Notes under the pieces: generated by a model
The model's database searches: none
Told to the model about the DNA's origin: nothing
What the model saw: only the letters and a program-made list of their open reading frames with translations
Part shown: positions 60,550 to 64,000 of the stretch, piece after piece
How the letters are laid out: the number at the start of each line of letters is the position of its first letter
How positions within the stretch are numbered: the stretch's first letter is position 1
Position numbers and translations under genes: made by a program
Assembly (NCBI GenBank): GCA_039096225.1
Contig: JBBPEB010000002.1
Span: forward strand, 372,001-436,000
Reading direction: 5' to 3'
Length of the DNA: 64,000 nt
DNA from: Blastocystis sp. Blastoise
Lineage: Eukaryota > Protista > Bigyra: Opalinata

Positions 60550-63342
60550 TTATTGGAGAAAAAGCCAAAATATCTCTTCTTGTAAAAATTAAATTATTTA
60601 ATTCATCGTTATTGTCTAGAAGTATATCTATATATTATTATTTATAATTCATAATTATATCAAACATATAATATATATTTATATTAAAAAAAACTGTTAT
60701 AAAAACAAAAAAATATAATTAAAGTTGTAATTACTTGATAGATTTTGATTATTCTCATCATTAGTTAATTGATCACTAATATCATGATTATTTATTATGT
60801 AATCATCGTTTTGTTCACTCTGTAAATTTATACTGTTAGCAATATTTTCTTCGTTTATATTATTATTATCCAATTCTATTAAGTTATTTACACTATTAGG
60901 TACTATTATTATCCCATTTTCAACGTCATTTATTTCTATCATATTTTCATCATTAATAGTTACTTCAGAATGATCATTAATATTACATGTTGTTATGTCA
61001 TTTAAGTTCCTAGAAATACTATTATTCATATCAATAATATCCATGTTATTATATAAAGCAAGTGTTTCGTCATTGGTTATTGATTCAGATGATGATTTTT
61101 CACTATTTTCAATTATACTACTGTTTGTGATATTTATATCTTCCAAATGTACTGTGAAATTTAAGTCATTGGAATCAATAATGTTGTTATAAGTTGGAAA
61201 AGTATTATTTTGTGAGTTGTTACTATTAATAGTTTCTTTATCCTGATTTAAATTTTCAACATTCTTTTCATCATGAAAGTCATCATCAATTAAATCGTGT
61301 ATACCATTATTAATTTGGAACTCAGAATTCTCTGTAATATTCTTATTAAATTCAGTGTCACGATTTTCTTCGATCATAGATTGATAATCAGAGCAAATGC
61401 ATTCATTGTCATCTGTTTTATTGAGATTAGATACTATAAAATATTCTTCATCATTTCCATTGTTATTATATTCATTTGAATCTCTATTAGTTAAGTTCGG
61501 TTGATAATGTGTTAAACTTCTTTGCGATATCTCTTTATTACTCATTAAATCAGGGAACAACTGTGTCGATAAAACATGTTTTTCAGTATCAATAATTGAT
61601 TTTTTTTGTTTTTTGTTTTTTACCTATGTATATTATTGAATAGTCTAAAAATATTGTTAATTGAAAGAAAAATCCTAATAAAAAGAAAAACAGTAAAACA
61701 TGTTAAAAACTAACTGTGGAAATAATTATATAAGCATTTTATATGTTGGAATATATTTTTAATGAATCTTAAAAACTAAAATTTTATTCCCTTATTTAAA
61801 AAACAATCATTTAATTTGAAAAAATTAAAAACAAAAAGTTTATTAAAAATAAATATGAAGAATGATTAATTAATAATTATATAAATAAAATTATATTATG
61901 AAATATATATTTTATTAGTACATACTATCAGAGTCACTGCTCTCCAAAAATGTTTTCAAAAGTTTTGCTTTCATATCATTTCTTGCTGTTCTTTTTATTG
62001 TTTTATTATCTAAAAAAAAAGAATATTAAGAAATATAATAAAAATATTAAATTATACCAAAATAATATATATATATATACTATCGATCTTTGATTCCAAA
62101 GTGGAATCATCATTTGATCTAAAACTGAATAAAGAGCTTTGATTTCTAAGTATTATTTCATTTGTGACATTCCCATGATTATTCTCATTAAGAGAATCTA
62201 AAGAAATATATAATCATAAAAATAATCATAAAAAAAAATAATCATTAAAATAACTTTAAAAATAGTCATAATCATAATAATCATGGAAATAATAATGAAA
62301 AAAGTCATAAAAATAATCATTAAAATAGTCATAAAAATATCCATAAGAATAGTCATAAAAATAATTATAATAGTCATAATAGTCATAATAGTCATAGAAA
62401 TAATATAATAAACCAACATATTCATGAAACATTATATATATATATTACTATATGAAATTAATATAATTACTTACCTGAATTTGTAAAGCCAAAAACCTTC
62501 GATAAAACTTCTAGAGTTTGTGGAATTAAATCATTAAGTATTTCTTTAGCTAGAATAATACAAAAGGATAACAATAATAATGAATACATATATATATATA
62601 TTTATATATATATACAATAATGCATCCCACTAACGCTCAGCATAGTACTTCTATCGAATTCTATTCTATTTGTTGCATTTTTATAGCCTATAAAAAATAA
62701 ATAATTCATATAAAAAAAATATATATATACCTTTGTTAGATATACTAACACCATATTTTGAGAAATTCTTCGTATTCAGATTAGTATTACAATTTTGGTT
62801 TGATATATTTCCATATTTGTGTTTCTTTGCTTTTTTATGTTTCTTATTTTTCTTTTCCGCCGATCCATCTTTCGCTGAATTTTCATTAAGTTTATTATCA
62901 GAAGCAGAAGTAATATTAGAAGAATTATATATATCTTTTGAATTATTAGTAGTAGTATTAGTTACATCAGTAGCTTCTTTCTTTTCTTTTTGTTTAAAAG
63001 AGACATAATCTGATAAACTTAATATTTTTTTAAATTCAATTGGATTATAATTTTTATCGTCACTTTTTATATCTATAATTTATAAGAATAATCAAGAGTT
63101 TATTTTAATATAAGATTTATATATATATATTCATACCTATTTTTGAAGATGATTCAAGAGGAGGAGCAGAAGAAAAACTGTAAAGTACTGGATATTCATC
63201 TATATATTTATGAGAAAAGTAATTATAATTTTTATCAAATATAAAAATTACCACAGTCTGATTGATCTATTAATATCCTTAATTTAGCAGCCCAAAAGTA
63301 CGGTGTCTTACACACTTTCACCTTTATTGACTTTGTTATTAA
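60550..63342 (-). CDS. Spliced low-complexity N-terminal extension of RepHel (or captured gene); exons 63342-63252, 63199-63137, 63072-62731, 62687-62616, 62549-62475, 62197-62081, 62009-61926, 61623-60735, 60627-60550
   Basis: GT-AG introns, all phase 1. The frame is open throughout except for a 1-nt excess in A-tracts near 61600-61620. Start codon not located. Confidence 0.65.
62205..62400. repeat. Degenerate 9-12 bp minisatellite (AATAGTCAT / AAAATAATCAT) in a Helitron intron
   Basis: Directly visible repeated units. Confidence 0.75.
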
Positions 63343-64000
63343 CTTTTATAAAATAAAAATAACATCATAAAAACAGGAACACAATTCTAAAAATGACTGT
63401 TAAAGAAATTTTTCGAAAAATCTTAATTCCTGGCTAAAAAACGCAAAAAAACCATTTTCGCACAAAATTTTAACCAAAATTATTGGATTATTTTTATTTT
63501 ATCCAATATTTTTTATTTTCATAAAAACACTTATTTTTCGTTTTTCATTTTTTATTGTTTTCTCATTTTTTCTATATCTATTCACATACTCTATATTTAT
63601 TTTTATAAAATTAACTTTTATTGACGGGTTGGTCTTATAAATAGTTTTGACGCGTAAATTTGTTTATATTTAGAACTTGACAACATATCAATACACACAT
63701 CACTAACTTTTTACTCTAAAATGGTTTCAGTTGTTATGATAATGACCTCAAATAATCTGAAACAACAATAATTCCTTTAAATAACAACAAAAGACAGACT
63801 GATATCCGACACATTCCTTTTGAATAAACTTATTTGAGCTTTAATATATTTATTTAACTCTATATCCGTCATAAATATGTTTTATATTTTAATAATATCA
63901 TTTAAAAAAGAAATATTTGTTTATAAAAATTTTTCATATTTGATACCAAATTATATAATCTTGATATCTCTATTCACTGGCAGGCATATTTATGGAAATA

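Larger units (their letters stand above)
54967..63400 (-). mobile_element. Helitron rolling-circle transposon; 3' end at 54967, 5' end not located (beyond ~63350)
   Basis: Rep/helicase gene. 3' terminus CTAG|T on - (54970-54967), 13 nt downstream of hairpin ACCGCT-N7-AGCGGT. Confidence 0.88.

Noticed and set aside
63400-64000. Helitron 5' terminus (A|TC)
   Set aside because: Many ATC candidates exist, and none can be chosen without other copies or the empty site.

Overview
Very AT-rich, intron-rich eukaryotic (protist-like) nuclear DNA using the standard genetic code. The organism cannot be fixed from sequence alone. Host genes in order: PCH2/TRIP13 (5'-truncated), SmF, a CblD/MMADHC-like protein, a large multi-exon separase, Yos1, an organellar-type Met-tRNA synthetase, two unknown proteins, then RPLP1-STMP1-DENR-RIO1, RagC/D, a CUE-domain protein, TRAPPC8, CDC20 and an RNF126/115-like RING E3. 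The window ends with a Helitron whose Rep/helicase gene has a long spliced N-terminal extension. The dominant structure is a ~21 kb palindrome. Two near-identical ~6.2 kb arms (20415-26595 and 35425-41623), each with four intact-looking genes, are inverted around a unique ~8.8 kb core with no convincing protein gene. The arm/core junctions carry telomere-like and TIR-like motifs. The core holds a 73-bp triple repeat, GT-AG-bounded exons without an ORF, a ~4 kb extreme purine/pyrimidine-skewed tract, and a non-canonical tRNA-like cloverleaf exactly at the end of that tract. This suggests (inference) a spliced lncRNA with a tRNA-like 3'-processing element inside an invertible or centromere-like cassette. 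Other notable signals are introns made purely of GT(AT)nAG and a recurrent CRYGGGAA motif inside separase exons. Exon boundaries were read by eye, and no searches were run.
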